A DNA stretch of 61,717 nucleotides from a virus (lineage: Duplodnaviria; Caudoviricetes), in IMG/VR virus record IMGVR_UViG_3300037634_001516, positions 1 through 61,717 of that record, one strand, 5' to 3'. Both the position numbers and the translations under genes were made by a program. Numbering within the stretch: the first letter of the stretch is position 1; the number at the start of each line of letters is the position of its first letter. Positions 17,728-27,676 of the stretch are shown one piece after another. Under the pieces are notes generated by a model. The model saw nothing but the letters and a program-made list of their open reading frames with translations. It had not been told where the DNA came from and did not search any database.

Positions 17728-18639
17728 ATGTTTAGAGATAGAGTGGCATTGATTGATGCTGATGTACTAGTTTACAGAATAGGTTTTGCTGGCCAAGACA
17801 ACGTCCATTCTGTCCTAGACGACAATGGAGAAGTCCTAGAGAAGTTTGAAAACAAGACAGAAGCTAACGACTTTGTGGAACTATTAGCTCTGCAAGGTTG
17901 TATGCAGCCTCGTCTAGAGACTCATATTACTCCTAAGAGTGAAGCAGATGTAGAGAGCATGCTTGATGTTGCAATAAATAATATTGTACAACAATCAGGT
18001 GCGTCCAGCTATGTCTGCTATCTTTCTGGCTCTACCAACTTCCGGCTCACGTCTGCCAAGTACCAAGAGTATAAAGCAAACCGTAAGGACTCAGTTAAGC
18101 CGATTCACTACCAGTTCATTAGAGATTGCATCACAGAGAACCATCCGGTTGTAGTTTCAGAGAACTGTGAGGCTGACGATCTGCTAGCTATCGAGCTATA
18201 TAAAGGCTTCAAGACAGCTGCAGAAAGTGGTGAGCAATTAGACTGTGAGGTTATCCTGTGCACTATAGACAAAGATCTGCGTAATGTCCCAGGATGGCAT
18301 TACAACATCCACCATCGAGATGTCGACTGGGTGTATCCTGTTGATGCAGACAGACACTTTGCACTGCAGCTTTTAACAGGGGATCGTGTAGACAATATCC
18401 CAGGAATTTCTTTTTATTCAGATGGCAAAAAGAAAGTCGGGCCAGCTACAGCCAAGAAACTGCTTGGAGATGCTGTCACAAAGTCAGAACTTTATGACGC
18501 TGTTTGTAGTGCTTACGAAGAGTTCGCTGGAGATGACTGGTACGACAAACTGAATAACTCAGGACTATTGCTTTGGATGCAAAGATCTCCTGAGCAACAA
18601 TTTGACATCAAACACTGGAAAGGAGAACTCTATGATTAA
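17728..18639 (+). CDS. 5'-3' exonuclease (T7 gp6-like)
   Basis: IDADVLVY; YKANR; EADD; DKDL; GDRVDNIPG..VGPATA. Confidence 0.93.
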   Translation: MFRDRVALIDADVLVYRIGFAGQDNVHSVLDDNGEVLEKFENKTEANDFVELLALQGCMQPRLETHITPKSEADVESMLDVAINNIVQQSGASSYVCYLSGSTNFRLTSAKYQEYKANRKDSVKPIHYQFIRDCITENHPVVVSENCEADDLLAIELYKGFKTAAESGEQLDCEVILCTIDKDLRNVPGWHYNIHHRDVDWVYPVDADRHFALQLLTGDRVDNIPGISFYSDGKKKVGPATAKKLLGDAVTKSELYDAVCSAYEEFAGDDWYDKLNNSGLLLWMQRSPEQQFDIKHWKGELYD

Positions 18640-18952
18640 TTCCGACACATTCACATTTACTCAATACGAGTCAGTAGCTAAAACAACTGCCACTTATGAG
18701 AGTGCTGATTACCTACCTCTTGGTTTATCTGAAGAGGTGGGGGAGCTGATCCACGAATTCGCTAGATGCAAGCGCAAGGGTGTGGAGATGGACGTACCAG
18801 CATTGATCTCAGAAGTGGGAGATGTTATCTGGGTACTGAGTCAGATAGCTAGAGAGTATGATTTCACACTCTCTCAAGCTGCCCGAAGCAATCTGGGAAA
18901 ACTCCAAGAAAGAAATGAAAAGGGTGCGATTCACGACAAAACGAATCGATAG
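18632..18952 (+). CDS. MazG-like NTP pyrophosphohydrolase
   Basis: LGLSEEVGE...EVGDVIW...N..KL..R. Confidence 0.88.
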   Translation: MINSDTFTFTQYESVAKTTATYESADYLPLGLSEEVGELIHEFARCKRKGVEMDVPALISEVGDVIWVLSQIAREYDFTLSQAARSNLGKLQERNEKGAIHDKTNR

Positions 18953-18983
18953 ACAATAACTGCTATAGCACCAGAGAGGCCAT

Positions 18984-19373
18984 ATGAAAAATCTAATATC
19001 TAAACTATTCAGACCTGCAGAACCTAAAAACGTACCGCCTGCTCTGAATAAATTACCTAGAAGCAACCAGTGGAAGGCAATATCGCAGGACATAATAACA
19101 ATTGCTACTGTTGTGTTCTTTGCCACTACTATCCAGTGTTGGTATGTTGTGAACTTCCAAGATGGAGAAGGACACCAACATTTCGACCACAACCTACCAG
19201 TTCCAAAAGCTGCAGAAGTAGAACCTACTGCAGTGGTTAAACATACACTGTCTTGTGACGTGTTGAAAGATATCTACGACAAGGCTTACCTAGAACAGCT
19301 GGGTAAGGTTGACGATATTGACTTCCTTGCTATAGACAAATCTTTTTATGAGACTTATGGAGAATGCTTATAA
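18984..19373 (+). CDS. Hypothetical membrane-anchored protein
   Basis: Single hydrophobic segment; GAGG RBS. Confidence 0.65.
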   Translation: MKNLISKLFRPAEPKNVPPALNKLPRSNQWKAISQDIITIATVVFFATTIQCWYVVNFQDGEGHQHFDHNLPVPKAAEVEPTAVVKHTLSCDVLKDIYDKAYLEQLGKVDDIDFLAIDKSFYETYGECL

Positions 19374-19404
19374 TGAATCAATTTATGAATGGAAATAACT
19401 AACA

Positions 19405-21312
19405 ATGAAAACATTACCTACAGATTATCAAGCGATGATCCACTTGTCCCGTTACGCTCGATGGAATCCTGCAGAGTCTCGTCGAGAGACTTGGGAAGAA
19501 ACTGTCAGCCGACTGTTCGACTTCTATGACAAGAATTTAGGGCATAGCTACCCAAGAGCCAAGCTAGAAAAGGCAGTATTAAACTTAGAGATCATGCCGT
19601 CTATGCGTTCTCTTATGGCTGCTGGCCCTGCTTTAGAACAAAATAACATTGCTGCGTACAATTGTGCGTATACAGCAGTTGACCATCCTCGTGTATTTGA
19701 CGAAACCCTACTTATTCTTATGAATGGGACAGGTGTCGGATTCAGTGTGGAGCGTCAATCGATACAGAGACTGCCAGTGGTGCCAGAAGAGTTAGAAGAA
19801 GACCCTTCTGTCATCGTCGTTAAAGATAGTAAGAAAGGATGGCAAGATGCTTTTAGACTTCTCATTGCAGCACTATTTAGTGGGCTTGTTCCTAGTTGGG
19901 ACACTCATCTTGTTAGGCCAGCTGGAGAAAAATTACAGACGTTCGGTGGCAGAGCGTCGGGGCCAGAACCCCTAGAAGATTTGTTCCGATTCACAGTCAG
20001 GACATTCCGAGCCGCACAAGGTAGACATTTAAACAGCTTAGAAGTACACGATTTGATGTGTAAAATTGGTGAGATTGTAGTGGTAGGCGGTGTTCGTCGA
20101 TCTGCAATGATTTCCCTATCTAACTTATCTGATCCCCGTATGCGTGACGCTAAGTCAGGTCAATGGTGGATGACAGAACCACAACGAGCTTTAGCCAATA
20201 ACAGTGCTGCATATACAGAGAAACCCGATATCGGTATCTTTATGGGCGAGTGGAAGTCTCTTTACGACAGTAAGTCTGGAGAGCGTGGGATTTTCAGCAG
20301 GGAAGCTGCACAAAAGTTAGTTGCAAGTCTGGAGACAGACCGTGACCCATATCATGACTTCGGTTGTAACCCATGTAGTGAGATCATTTTACGATCTGCT
20401 CAGTTCTGTAACCTATCAGAGGTTATTGTTCGAGCTGATGACACGCTAGAAGATCTTGCTCGTAAGACAGAGCTAGCAACTATTTTAGGAACCATGCAGT
20501 CGTCATTGACAGACTTCAAAGGCCTACGTGCACGTTGGAAGCAGAACACTGAAGAAGAGCGTTTATTAGGGGTTAGCATGACGGGAATTATGGACAACAC
20601 TCTCACCAATGGTGCGGATGAGTCTCTTGAAGACCGACTTAGAGAGCTGCGTGCTATCACTGTGAAGACTAATGTTAAGTGGGCTAAGAAGTTTGAGATT
20701 CAAGTATCCAAAGCTATCACTTGTGTTAAGCCTTCAGGTACTGTATCTCAGCTTACGGATGCTGCTTCAGGTATCCATGCACGACATAATCCGTACTACA
20801 TCAGAACTGTCAGAGGTGACAACAAGGATCCTCTAACCGAGTTTATGATCAGTAAGAACATCCCAGCAGAAGCTGACGTAATGAAGCCAGACCACACTAC
20901 TGTGTTTAGCTTTCCTATGAAGTCTCCTAAAGGGTCTATCTGTCGCACAGATGTTACCGCTATTGAACACTTAGAATTATGGAAGACCTACCAACTAGCT
21001 TGGTGTCACCACAAACCGTCTATCACTATCTCTGTAAAAGAGCATGAGTGGATGGCTGTAGGCGCTTGGGTTTATGATAACTTTGACTATATGTCAGGCG
21101 TATCTTTCCTACCGTATAGCGAACACAGTTACCAACAAGCTCCGTATCAGGATTGTGAAAAGGAAGACTACGAACAGTTGTTAGCAACTATGCCTAAAGA
21201 TATCAATTGGGTAGAGCTTGCAATGCTAGAAATAGAAGATAACACAACAGGATCTCAAGAGTTTGCATGTGCAGGCGGTGCTTGTGAGATAACTGATATT
21301 GGAGGTGTTTAA
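19405..21312 (+). CDS. nrdJ: Ribonucleotide reductase, probably class II (B12-dependent, monomeric type)
   Basis: SRYARW; YNCA; GTGVGFS; GGVRRSA; NPCSEI; CNLSE; KPSGTVS; C-terminal CAGGAC; no beta subunit in the window. Confidence 0.88.
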   Translation: MKTLPTDYQAMIHLSRYARWNPAESRRETWEETVSRLFDFYDKNLGHSYPRAKLEKAVLNLEIMPSMRSLMAAGPALEQNNIAAYNCAYTAVDHPRVFDETLLILMNGTGVGFSVERQSIQRLPVVPEELEEDPSVIVVKDSKKGWQDAFRLLIAALFSGLVPSWDTHLVRPAGEKLQTFGGRASGPEPLEDLFRFTVRTFRAAQGRHLNSLEVHDLMCKIGEIVVVGGVRRSAMISLSNLSDPRMRDAKSGQWWMTEPQRALANNSAAYTEKPDIGIFMGEWKSLYDSKSGERGIFSREAAQKLVASLETDRDPYHDFGCNPCSEIILRSAQFCNLSEVIVRADDTLEDLARKTELATILGTMQSSLTDFKGLRARWKQNTEEERLLGVSMTGIMDNTLTNGADESLEDRLRELRAITVKTNVKWAKKFEIQVSKAITCVKPSGTVSQLTDAASGIHARHNPYYIRTVRGDNKDPLTEFMISKNIPAEADVMKPDHTTVFSFPMKSPKGSICRTDVTAIEHLELWKTYQLAWCHHKPSITISVKEHEWMAVGAWVYDNFDYMSGVSFLPYSEHSYQQAPYQDCEKEDYEQLLATMPKDINWVELAMLEIEDNTTGSQEFACAGGACEITDIGGV

Positions 21313-21603
21313 ATGGATAGTTCCAGTGAACGAGCTATGGGTTCTGCCTGTGGTAAAGCCGTGGCTGACCTAGTTATAGATTGGACAGACAAGGGTGCAG
21401 ACCCTATAGATGTACTTGAGTGTGTCGCGTTGTCAATTGGCAGTATCCTAGTTAACAGTCAAGTCTTAGACTTAGAGACTGGACAAGCTCGGGATATGAC
21501 TGCTAAAGAAGCAGGAGACGTTGCAGCTGAATTCGTTGAAGACGGATTCAAGATGACTCGAATGATTATGTTGGAGGAGGGGGTAGACCCTCCAAATAAG
21601 TAA
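21313..21603 (+). CDS. Hypothetical protein
   Basis: GGAGG RBS; abuts RNR. Confidence 0.7.
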   Translation: MDSSSERAMGSACGKAVADLVIDWTDKGADPIDVLECVALSIGSILVNSQVLDLETGQARDMTAKEAGDVAAEFVEDGFKMTRMIMLEEGVDPPNK

Positions 21604-21727
21604 CACCTTGGCCCTGCCCTAGTGGCATCGTCAGGTTGGAACCAGAGATGTTTAATTCTCTGAGGGGCATGTTTAATTGCCTCTAAATACCCGACGTTAC
21701 CTGAGTAAGTATAAAAACTGCTCATCT

Positions 21728-21751
21728 TCAAAACCCTGTATTATGATACAA
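21728..21751 (+). promoter_or_regulatory. Putative phage RNAP promoter, copy 6
   Basis: TCAAAACCCTGTATTATGATACAA; following ACGAATCACA nearly identical to copy 3. Confidence 0.8.
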
Positions 21752-21857
21752 CACGAATCACATTAGTTTGCCATTAGCTTTATTTGCGGCGATTAACGCC
21801 GTAAAAACAATATGTGTAAACTAACATAATCAAAACCACCTAGAAGGAGAACTTATC

Positions 21858-22388
21858 ATGCGAGATTATAAACAAGTGACAGTAGGGCAAGAAGCTCCTG
21901 TCTGGATGGGAACTACTACCTCTGAAGAGGAGTACGAGCAAGAATGTTGGCGTGGTGCTGCATTACCTTGCGCACAAGAAGTAATGAAGCAAGACATGTT
22001 ACGAAAGACTGATAACCCTCAATTGAGTGTGCATACCACTTTTGATTTTGAAGACCTACTCGAAACAGGTAACGACTCGTTTGATAAGCAATTCAAAACT
22101 GGCCCTAGTCTAGCGGATATTCAAGATATGAAGAAGCCAACCGATAGCGGACAAGACAGTATCAACCCGTCACACTACAATGACATTCCTAAAGAACAAC
22201 AGCACCACCGTGTTGTAACTGCTCACGGACTAGACTGGTATTGTGCTTGTGCGTTGAAGTACTTGATGCGTGCTGGTAAGAAGTCTAGCACAGGCATGAC
22301 TAAGCGTGAAAAAGAGATCGATGATCTGAAGAAAGCACGCCAGTATATCGATATGAAATTGAAAGAAATGGAGGAGGGTCGACTATGA
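21858..22388 (+). CDS. DUF3310-domain protein
   Basis: INPSHY...ALKYLMRAGKK...DDLKKARQYI. Confidence 0.8.
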   Translation: MRDYKQVTVGQEAPVWMGTTTSEEEYEQECWRGAALPCAQEVMKQDMLRKTDNPQLSVHTTFDFEDLLETGNDSFDKQFKTGPSLADIQDMKKPTDSGQDSINPSHYNDIPKEQQHHRVVTAHGLDWYCACALKYLMRAGKKSSTGMTKREKEIDDLKKARQYIDMKLKEMEEGRL

Positions 22389-23437
22389 CAACCATCATCA
22401 AGGGACAGAGTTTGAACCAGTTGTTTGCTAATGCAGCTGTAGAGCTTTCCGACAATGGAAAGCGTAACAGTTCTCGTAACGGAGAAGTTACTTATCTGAA
22501 TAACGCAGTGTTCGAATTGTCTAACCCTGCTGCACGACACCTTTACCTTGAAGGTCGTAAGAACAATATCTTCGCAGTTATTGCAGAACTGTTCTGGATT
22601 ATGTCAGGCAGTGATAGGATCAATCCTTTCTTGGAGTTCTATCTGCCTCGTGCAAAAGATTTTAGTGATGATGGTGAAACATGGAGAGGCGGCTATGGCC
22701 CCCGTATCTATGCTTACGACCAACTAGACCAAGCTATCCAAGTCTTCCACAGAGAGGGGCTGGATACCCGTCGCAGTGTTATCGACATCTACCAGTCTGA
22801 ACTGGACAGTCCTGTTCATTTTGAAAGCACTAAAGATGTACCTTGTAACAATCTGGTACATTTCTATGTAGACGATGGCAAGATGTGCATGAACGTATTT
22901 AGTCGCAGTGCAGACCTCGTATGGGGCGTTACTAACGTCAATATACCTGAGTGGACATTCCTTCAAGAATACGTTGCACAAGCGGTAGGCGTACCTGTAG
23001 GCAGTTATACCCACTGGTGTAGCAACCTGCACGTGTACGACTTTACCAGCTCGCAAGTAGAAAGTGTCATGGATACACCACACCCTAAAGCATCCTTGGA
23101 ACCAAGTGAATACAAACCTTGTGTGTTCCCTGAAGAGTCTTGTCGTGACTTCTTTATTGACCTGCTCGATTTCTATGAAGATATCATTGCGGAAAGGTCA
23201 GGAGAGAAGCTGTGCGAGATTTTTAGTGATTACGGTGTGCCTTTTGTTAACAACCAGTTGTGGGACTATGCTATGGTTTTAGCTAGATTCACCCAGAACA
23301 AAGTCGACAAGAGAGAGACTCCATTCTTAAACACTGGGCTTTCTCCAGACTTCTACGCAGCTGTCATGGGTAGCCAGTTCCGAAACTTTCCTATAGCGTC
23401 GTTTCAAAACAATGCATTAAGTATGATACAATACTAA
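22385..23437 (+). CDS. Thymidylate synthase-family protein, probable dUMP hydroxymethylase
   Basis: FSDDG...GGYGPR; TRRSVI; KDVPCN; RSADLVWG...NIPEW (Asn at the dUMP-specificity position); NLHVY; co-occurs with 5hmU kinase and AADT. Confidence 0.82.
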   Translation: MTTIIKGQSLNQLFANAAVELSDNGKRNSSRNGEVTYLNNAVFELSNPAARHLYLEGRKNNIFAVIAELFWIMSGSDRINPFLEFYLPRAKDFSDDGETWRGGYGPRIYAYDQLDQAIQVFHREGLDTRRSVIDIYQSELDSPVHFESTKDVPCNNLVHFYVDDGKMCMNVFSRSADLVWGVTNVNIPEWTFLQEYVAQAVGVPVGSYTHWCSNLHVYDFTSSQVESVMDTPHPKASLEPSEYKPCVFPEESCRDFFIDLLDFYEDIIAERSGEKLCEIFSDYGVPFVNNQLWDYAMVLARFTQNKVDKRETPFLNTGLSPDFYAAVMGSQFRNFPIASFQNNALSMIQY

Positions 23438-23597
23438 TCCTAAAGGAGGACTTATGCGCAAGATACGCAAAGGCAATACAGATTCCTACGCAGACCAGAT
23501 GTGGAGGGAGAACTTGCGGTTGCCCTTCTATGTTGTTGGTACAGCTTTCGTTGCTGTAGTCCTTCTCGGATTAGAACCTTGTTTGTAATACTATTCC

Positions 23598-23674
23598 CTC
23601 CCCATAGCTCAATTGGATAGAGCAATGCCCTTCTAAGGCATCGGTTTCAGGTTCGAGTCCTGATGAGGAGGCCA
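23598..23674 (+). tRNA. tRNA-Arg(TCT)
   Basis: Cloverleaf; ATGCC-CTTCTAA-GGCAT anticodon arm; GGTTCGAGTCC; encoded CCA. Confidence 0.93.
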
Positions 23675-23680
23675 AACACT

Positions 23681-23755
23681 GCGGGTATCGTATAAAGGCT
23701 ATTACCTTGGGTTTCCAACCCAATGATGAGAGTTCGATTCTCTCTATCCGCTCCA
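23681..23755 (+). tRNA. tRNA-Gly(TCC)
   Basis: GCGGGTA/TATCCGC acceptor stem; TTGGG-TTTCCAA-CCCAA; GTTCGATTC; CCA. Confidence 0.93.
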
Positions 23756-24030
23756 CTATAATAACACTCTGGTTGCAGGAGGCTCTTAACAAAGTCTCTT
23801 GTGACCAATTATATTTTATCTAGGTACTTTAATGAGCAATAAAGATTTACAAGGCAGAATATTAAAATTAGAAGATACGATACAACAACTGCACGACCTG
23901 AGCGAACGGCTTAGGAAAGATGCAGAAGAAGCAGACCGCAGAGTAGATGTCATGAGAGACAAACTCAAGAAAGCGGGACTATATCTTTAGAGACTTGGGT
24001 CTCCTAAGATAATAAAATAGGAGACTAATT

Positions 24031-24597
24031 ATGAAAACAGTAATGATCGATGTTGACTTGACCTTAGTGGATACTTTGAGTCCTTGGTTGCGCTGGTTTA
24101 AAGCACGAACAGGTATTGAATTAGAAGCTAACACTTATGAGTTAAGTACCCAGATGGCCAAGTATATGATCCACGAATGTCCAATGTCTTATTGGAGAGA
24201 GAAAGGAGTATACGAGGGTTTAATACCGTACCCTGCTTCAACATACACTGTACGCAAGTTGGTAGATAGTGGATTCAGAGTGGTATTTGTCACTTGGTCT
24301 CCTTATCCAGACCAAATCGCACCGAAAGAACAGTGGTTGACTAAGCACTACGGAAACGATATCCCCGTTATCCACACAGAACACAAACACTTGATTGACG
24401 CAGATATTATGATAGACGATAACCCGAAAATGTTGTCTGAGTTCTTAGCAGCCAAATCAGGTCGTGTTGCTCTTAAGTACGATACAAGACTAAACCAAAA
24501 CTGGAGTGCCCCATATGGACAGAAGTCCCTCACCATAAGAAGCTGGGATTCCGTCCAAGAGTACTTTACTAATTACCAAGGAGTGCAATTTAAATGA
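24031..24597 (+). CDS. HAD-family 5'(3')-deoxyribonucleotidase
   Basis: IDVDLTLVD; K..WL..H; MIDDNP. Confidence 0.85.
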   Translation: MKTVMIDVDLTLVDTLSPWLRWFKARTGIELEANTYELSTQMAKYMIHECPMSYWREKGVYEGLIPYPASTYTVRKLVDSGFRVVFVTWSPYPDQIAPKEQWLTKHYGNDIPVIHTEHKHLIDADIMIDDNPKMLSEFLAAKSGRVALKYDTRLNQNWSAPYGQKSLTIRSWDSVQEYFTNYQGVQFK

Positions 24598-25175
24598 GTT
24601 ACATTTCTCTATCAGGCAACATTGCTGTAGGCAAGTCTACTGTACTTGCTGGTCTCGAAGAAAAAGGATACAAAACTGTATATGAAAACCTTGGGCCAGA
24701 GTTCCTGAGTCTTCTTGCAGACTATAACGAAGATCCTATGACTGCGATAGACCTACAGAACTATATAAACGAGTACCGTTTCAACGACAGTAAGCGTTCT
24801 AGCTTAATTGAAGATGACCTGTTCATTCATGAACGGTCTATGATCGACGACATGATCTTCACCACTCACATGATGGGTCGTGGAGAGATCACAGAGTTGG
24901 CTTGGGTTAAGTTTTTAGAAGAAGCTCACCGTCGTTTGGACATCTGTCCTCCGAAAAAGGTCATATACTTGTACGCAGACCCTGAAACTACTTACAGTCG
25001 AATGGCTGCACGTGGTCGTCCAGAAGAAAGCAATCAAACCTTGATGTCTCTCGCAGAACTCGAACAGACTCACCAGCTCCTGCTGCCTATGATCTGTGAA
25101 GAAATTGGTGCAGAGTTAATTGAGGTAGACTGGACAAACTTCGGAGATATAAACGACATCATCAAAGTTCTTTAA
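24594..25175 (+). CDS. Deoxynucleoside/dNMP kinase
   Basis: SGNIAVGKST; ERSMIDD; IYL; RGRPEE. Confidence 0.88.
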   Translation: MSYISLSGNIAVGKSTVLAGLEEKGYKTVYENLGPEFLSLLADYNEDPMTAIDLQNYINEYRFNDSKRSSLIEDDLFIHERSMIDDMIFTTHMMGRGEITELAWVKFLEEAHRRLDICPPKKVIYLYADPETTYSRMAARGRPEESNQTLMSLAELEQTHQLLLPMICEEIGAELIEVDWTNFGDINDIIKVL

Positions 25176-25198
25176 CCAAACCTTAGGAGGTACGATTT

Positions 25199-25429
25199 AT
25201 GTTCACTTTACCTATCAAAATGATTATTGAGATGGAAGACGAGTATGTAGCATTGGGGTACCGCCATGGTCTGGACGAGAACAAGAGAACAGGCTGGTGT
25301 CACGACACTGAGCCATTTATCTATACAAAGGATGAAATAGAGTTCCTGCAATCCATGGACAAGTTGTCTTCTTGGAAGTGCAGCGCCTCTTACATTTGGA
25401 AGGAGAAAAAAGTTCGTGGAAAAGGTTAA
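25199..25429 (+). CDS. Hypothetical protein
   Basis: AGGAGG RBS. Confidence 0.65.
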   Translation: MFTLPIKMIIEMEDEYVALGYRHGLDENKRTGWCHDTEPFIYTKDEIEFLQSMDKLSSWKCSASYIWKEKKVRGKG

Positions 25430-25709
25430 TAGCATCAAGTTGATAAAAGACCCAGTTTGTCCTTACTGTAACGAAACAGTGGACTATCTGCCTCACGGTT
25501 GCAGTAAGGAGATCTGGGGATCTAAGTAATAGGAGGACTTATGAGTTACATGATTTGTCCCAGATGTCGGAAGATAGTACATGAAAGTGACTTCGTTCAT
25601 AGAGGTTGTCCGTACTGTCACAACCAACATCCTGAGACAGACGGTCGAAAGGTCGTAGAACGGCTACTAAAAGCCTACATTAGAAATCTTTAGAAGGAGC
25701 TTATATTAT

Positions 25710-26288
25710 ATGCGGGACAGCATTAGGCAAGATTTAGAGCTACTGTCTCTAGTATCTTTGATGTTCATGGTTGGATTGGTTCCTCAGTTTGTATACGACT
25801 GGATGTTATTCCTGTCAGTGTTCATATACATGATCCTATCTTACAAAGTGTACATCACAGAGGAGGCAACTGGTCACCACAAGTTTGGAGAGGGAGACTC
25901 CTACGTGTGCCGAAAAAGTGGGGAACGACTTCCTTTGAATGAGGAGAATTGGAATGCTGACGGTCAAGAGTACAACATGGGGCCATTTGCTTTTGGATTC
26001 ATGGAGTTCACTAATAGCTATCGAGTCCCTGCTTGGGCTAAATATGTCAGCATCAAGATCAGTGTGCAAAACTTCTTTGCTGTAGGTATAGACCTAGGTC
26101 TCGTAAGAGGCTATAGAGCTTACTACGACGAAGGCCAAATGAAGTCAGGTATTCCTGTGGGTCGAACCTATTTGTTCTTTATGGCTCCAGCTATTCGTTG
26201 GAGTGCTGCTCACAGACAAGACCACTTCATAAATATTAGACAATTCGGTTCTGCCACAGTTACGACTCAGGGCAGGATCGAGAGATAA
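25710..26288 (+). CDS. Hypothetical membrane protein
   Basis: AAGGAG RBS; two N-terminal hydrophobic segments. Confidence 0.65.
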   Translation: MRDSIRQDLELLSLVSLMFMVGLVPQFVYDWMLFLSVFIYMILSYKVYITEEATGHHKFGEGDSYVCRKSGERLPLNEENWNADGQEYNMGPFAFGFMEFTNSYRVPAWAKYVSIKISVQNFFAVGIDLGLVRGYRAYYDEGQMKSGIPVGRTYLFFMAPAIRWSAAHRQDHFINIRQFGSATVTTQGRIER

Positions 26289-26309
26289 ACTTAAACAATA
26301 GGAGGTTTT

Positions 26310-26684
26310 ATGACGAAATTAAGCCAAGTAATATTAGCCGTGTTTGCAGTCGGCTTCTCATCAAGCGTCCTTTCTGACCAGTGGGGGCCATCAAGCAACA
26401 TTCAGAATTCCTCCGACATAGTTCGGACTGCTGATGGTGCTTCTTGCGAACAATCTCTGAGTACTGGGAAACACGCAGAAGTGGGTTCGTTTAAAGTAGG
26501 CAACTCTTCTGGTGTTTACGTTAGGATGGTCTTTCAGTTGGGCAAGAAAAAGTCCAAAATTGACTGTTCTCGCATGTATAACCTAGAAGTTCAACGCATA
26601 AAGCTGGAACTCGACGAATTGCGAGCTAAAATCAAGGAACTTGAGCAAGGTGATACACAAACAATAGGATCTGATTGGGAGTAA
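26310..26684 (+). CDS. Exported protein with C-terminal coiled coil
   Basis: Signal-peptide-like N-terminus; Cys pair; LELDELRAKIKELE. Confidence 0.7.
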   Translation: MTKLSQVILAVFAVGFSSSVLSDQWGPSSNIQNSSDIVRTADGASCEQSLSTGKHAEVGSFKVGNSSGVYVRMVFQLGKKKSKIDCSRMYNLEVQRIKLELDELRAKIKELEQGDTQTIGSDWE

Positions 26685-26688
26685 TACC

Positions 26689-27666
26689 ATGAATAAGAAG
26701 CAACGTAAAATGTTAGACAAAAGCATTGAGTTCGCAAAGCGTATCGGATTAGCACCAGCTAACAAGATGACACCGACTCAGTTGGCTAAAGAAGCCAAGA
26801 CTATCTCTGGTGTAAAGACTACAGTATTGACCGAAAAGGATATGGCCAAACTTGGGATGGGGCTGCTCTTAGGAGTATCTCAAGGTTCTGATGAAGAAGC
26901 TAAGTTCATCGTTTGTGAGTACAACGGCACTGGTTGCGCTAAGTCTCCACCGACAGTACTGATCGGCAAGGGATTAACTTTCGATATGGGCGGCAACTCT
27001 ATCAAGCCAGCAACCAACCTTCACCAAATGAAGTTTGATATGTTAGGCGGTGGAGCAGTATTGGCCACAGTACAAGCAGCAGCAGAGATGAAGCTGCCTC
27101 TGAACATTGTTGGTATTGTTCCTGCATCAGAGAACCTGATTAACGGTAAGGCTACAAAACCTGGAGATGTTCACACGAGTATGTCAGGTCTTACTGTAGA
27201 CGTTCGAAATACTGATGCAGAGGGTCGTTTGATTCTAGCTGATGCTTTGACTTACGCTCAAGATATCTACCCTGACGCGAAGTCTATTACGACTGTCGCT
27301 ACTCTTACTGGTGCCCAGCTTTATGCTACAGGCACAACACACTCTGCTCTGCTCGGCAACGACCAAGACTTGATCGACGAGATCAAAGCTGCAGGGGATG
27401 AGTCAGGAGATCTTGCATGGCAGTTGCCATTCGTACAAGAACACTCTGACGAGATGAAAGGCCAAGAAGGTGTTAGTGATCTGAAGAATGTAGAGACTAA
27501 CCGTGGTCCAGGAACTATCACAGCGTTTGCTTTCTTAGAAGCATTTGTTGATGAGGATGTCCCATTCGCCCACTTAGACGTTGCTTCAACAGCTTCCAAA
27601 GGTGATGAAGTGACAGGTCGTCCAATATCACTACTGGTTCAGTTCCTACTTAATCGTACTTTATAG
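26689..27666 (+). CDS. M17 leucyl aminopeptidase (catalytic domain only)
   Basis: IGKGLTFDMGG; MKFDMLGG; NTDAEGRLILAD; ATLTGA; HLDVA. Confidence 0.93.
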   Translation: MNKKQRKMLDKSIEFAKRIGLAPANKMTPTQLAKEAKTISGVKTTVLTEKDMAKLGMGLLLGVSQGSDEEAKFIVCEYNGTGCAKSPPTVLIGKGLTFDMGGNSIKPATNLHQMKFDMLGGGAVLATVQAAAEMKLPLNIVGIVPASENLINGKATKPGDVHTSMSGLTVDVRNTDAEGRLILADALTYAQDIYPDAKSITTVATLTGAQLYATGTTHSALLGNDQDLIDEIKAAGDESGDLAWQLPFVQEHSDEMKGQEGVSDLKNVETNRGPGTITAFAFLEAFVDEDVPFAHLDVASTASKGDEVTGRPISLLVQFLLNRTL

Positions 27667-27676
27667 GAGACACATT

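Noticed and set aside
15040-21312. Introns or inteins in PolA or RNR
   Set aside because: ORFs are continuous, of normal length, and show no intein splice motifs
23403-23432. Ninth promoter copy before the tRNAs (TTCAAAACAATGCATTAAGTATGATACAA)
   Set aside because: Has an internal insertion and mismatches and lies inside a CDS end; kept only as a degenerate candidate
22385-23437. Canonical ThyA or dCMP hydroxymethylase
   Set aside because: Divergent from ThyA, has Asn (not Asp) at the specificity position, and co-occurs with a 5hmU kinase and AADT
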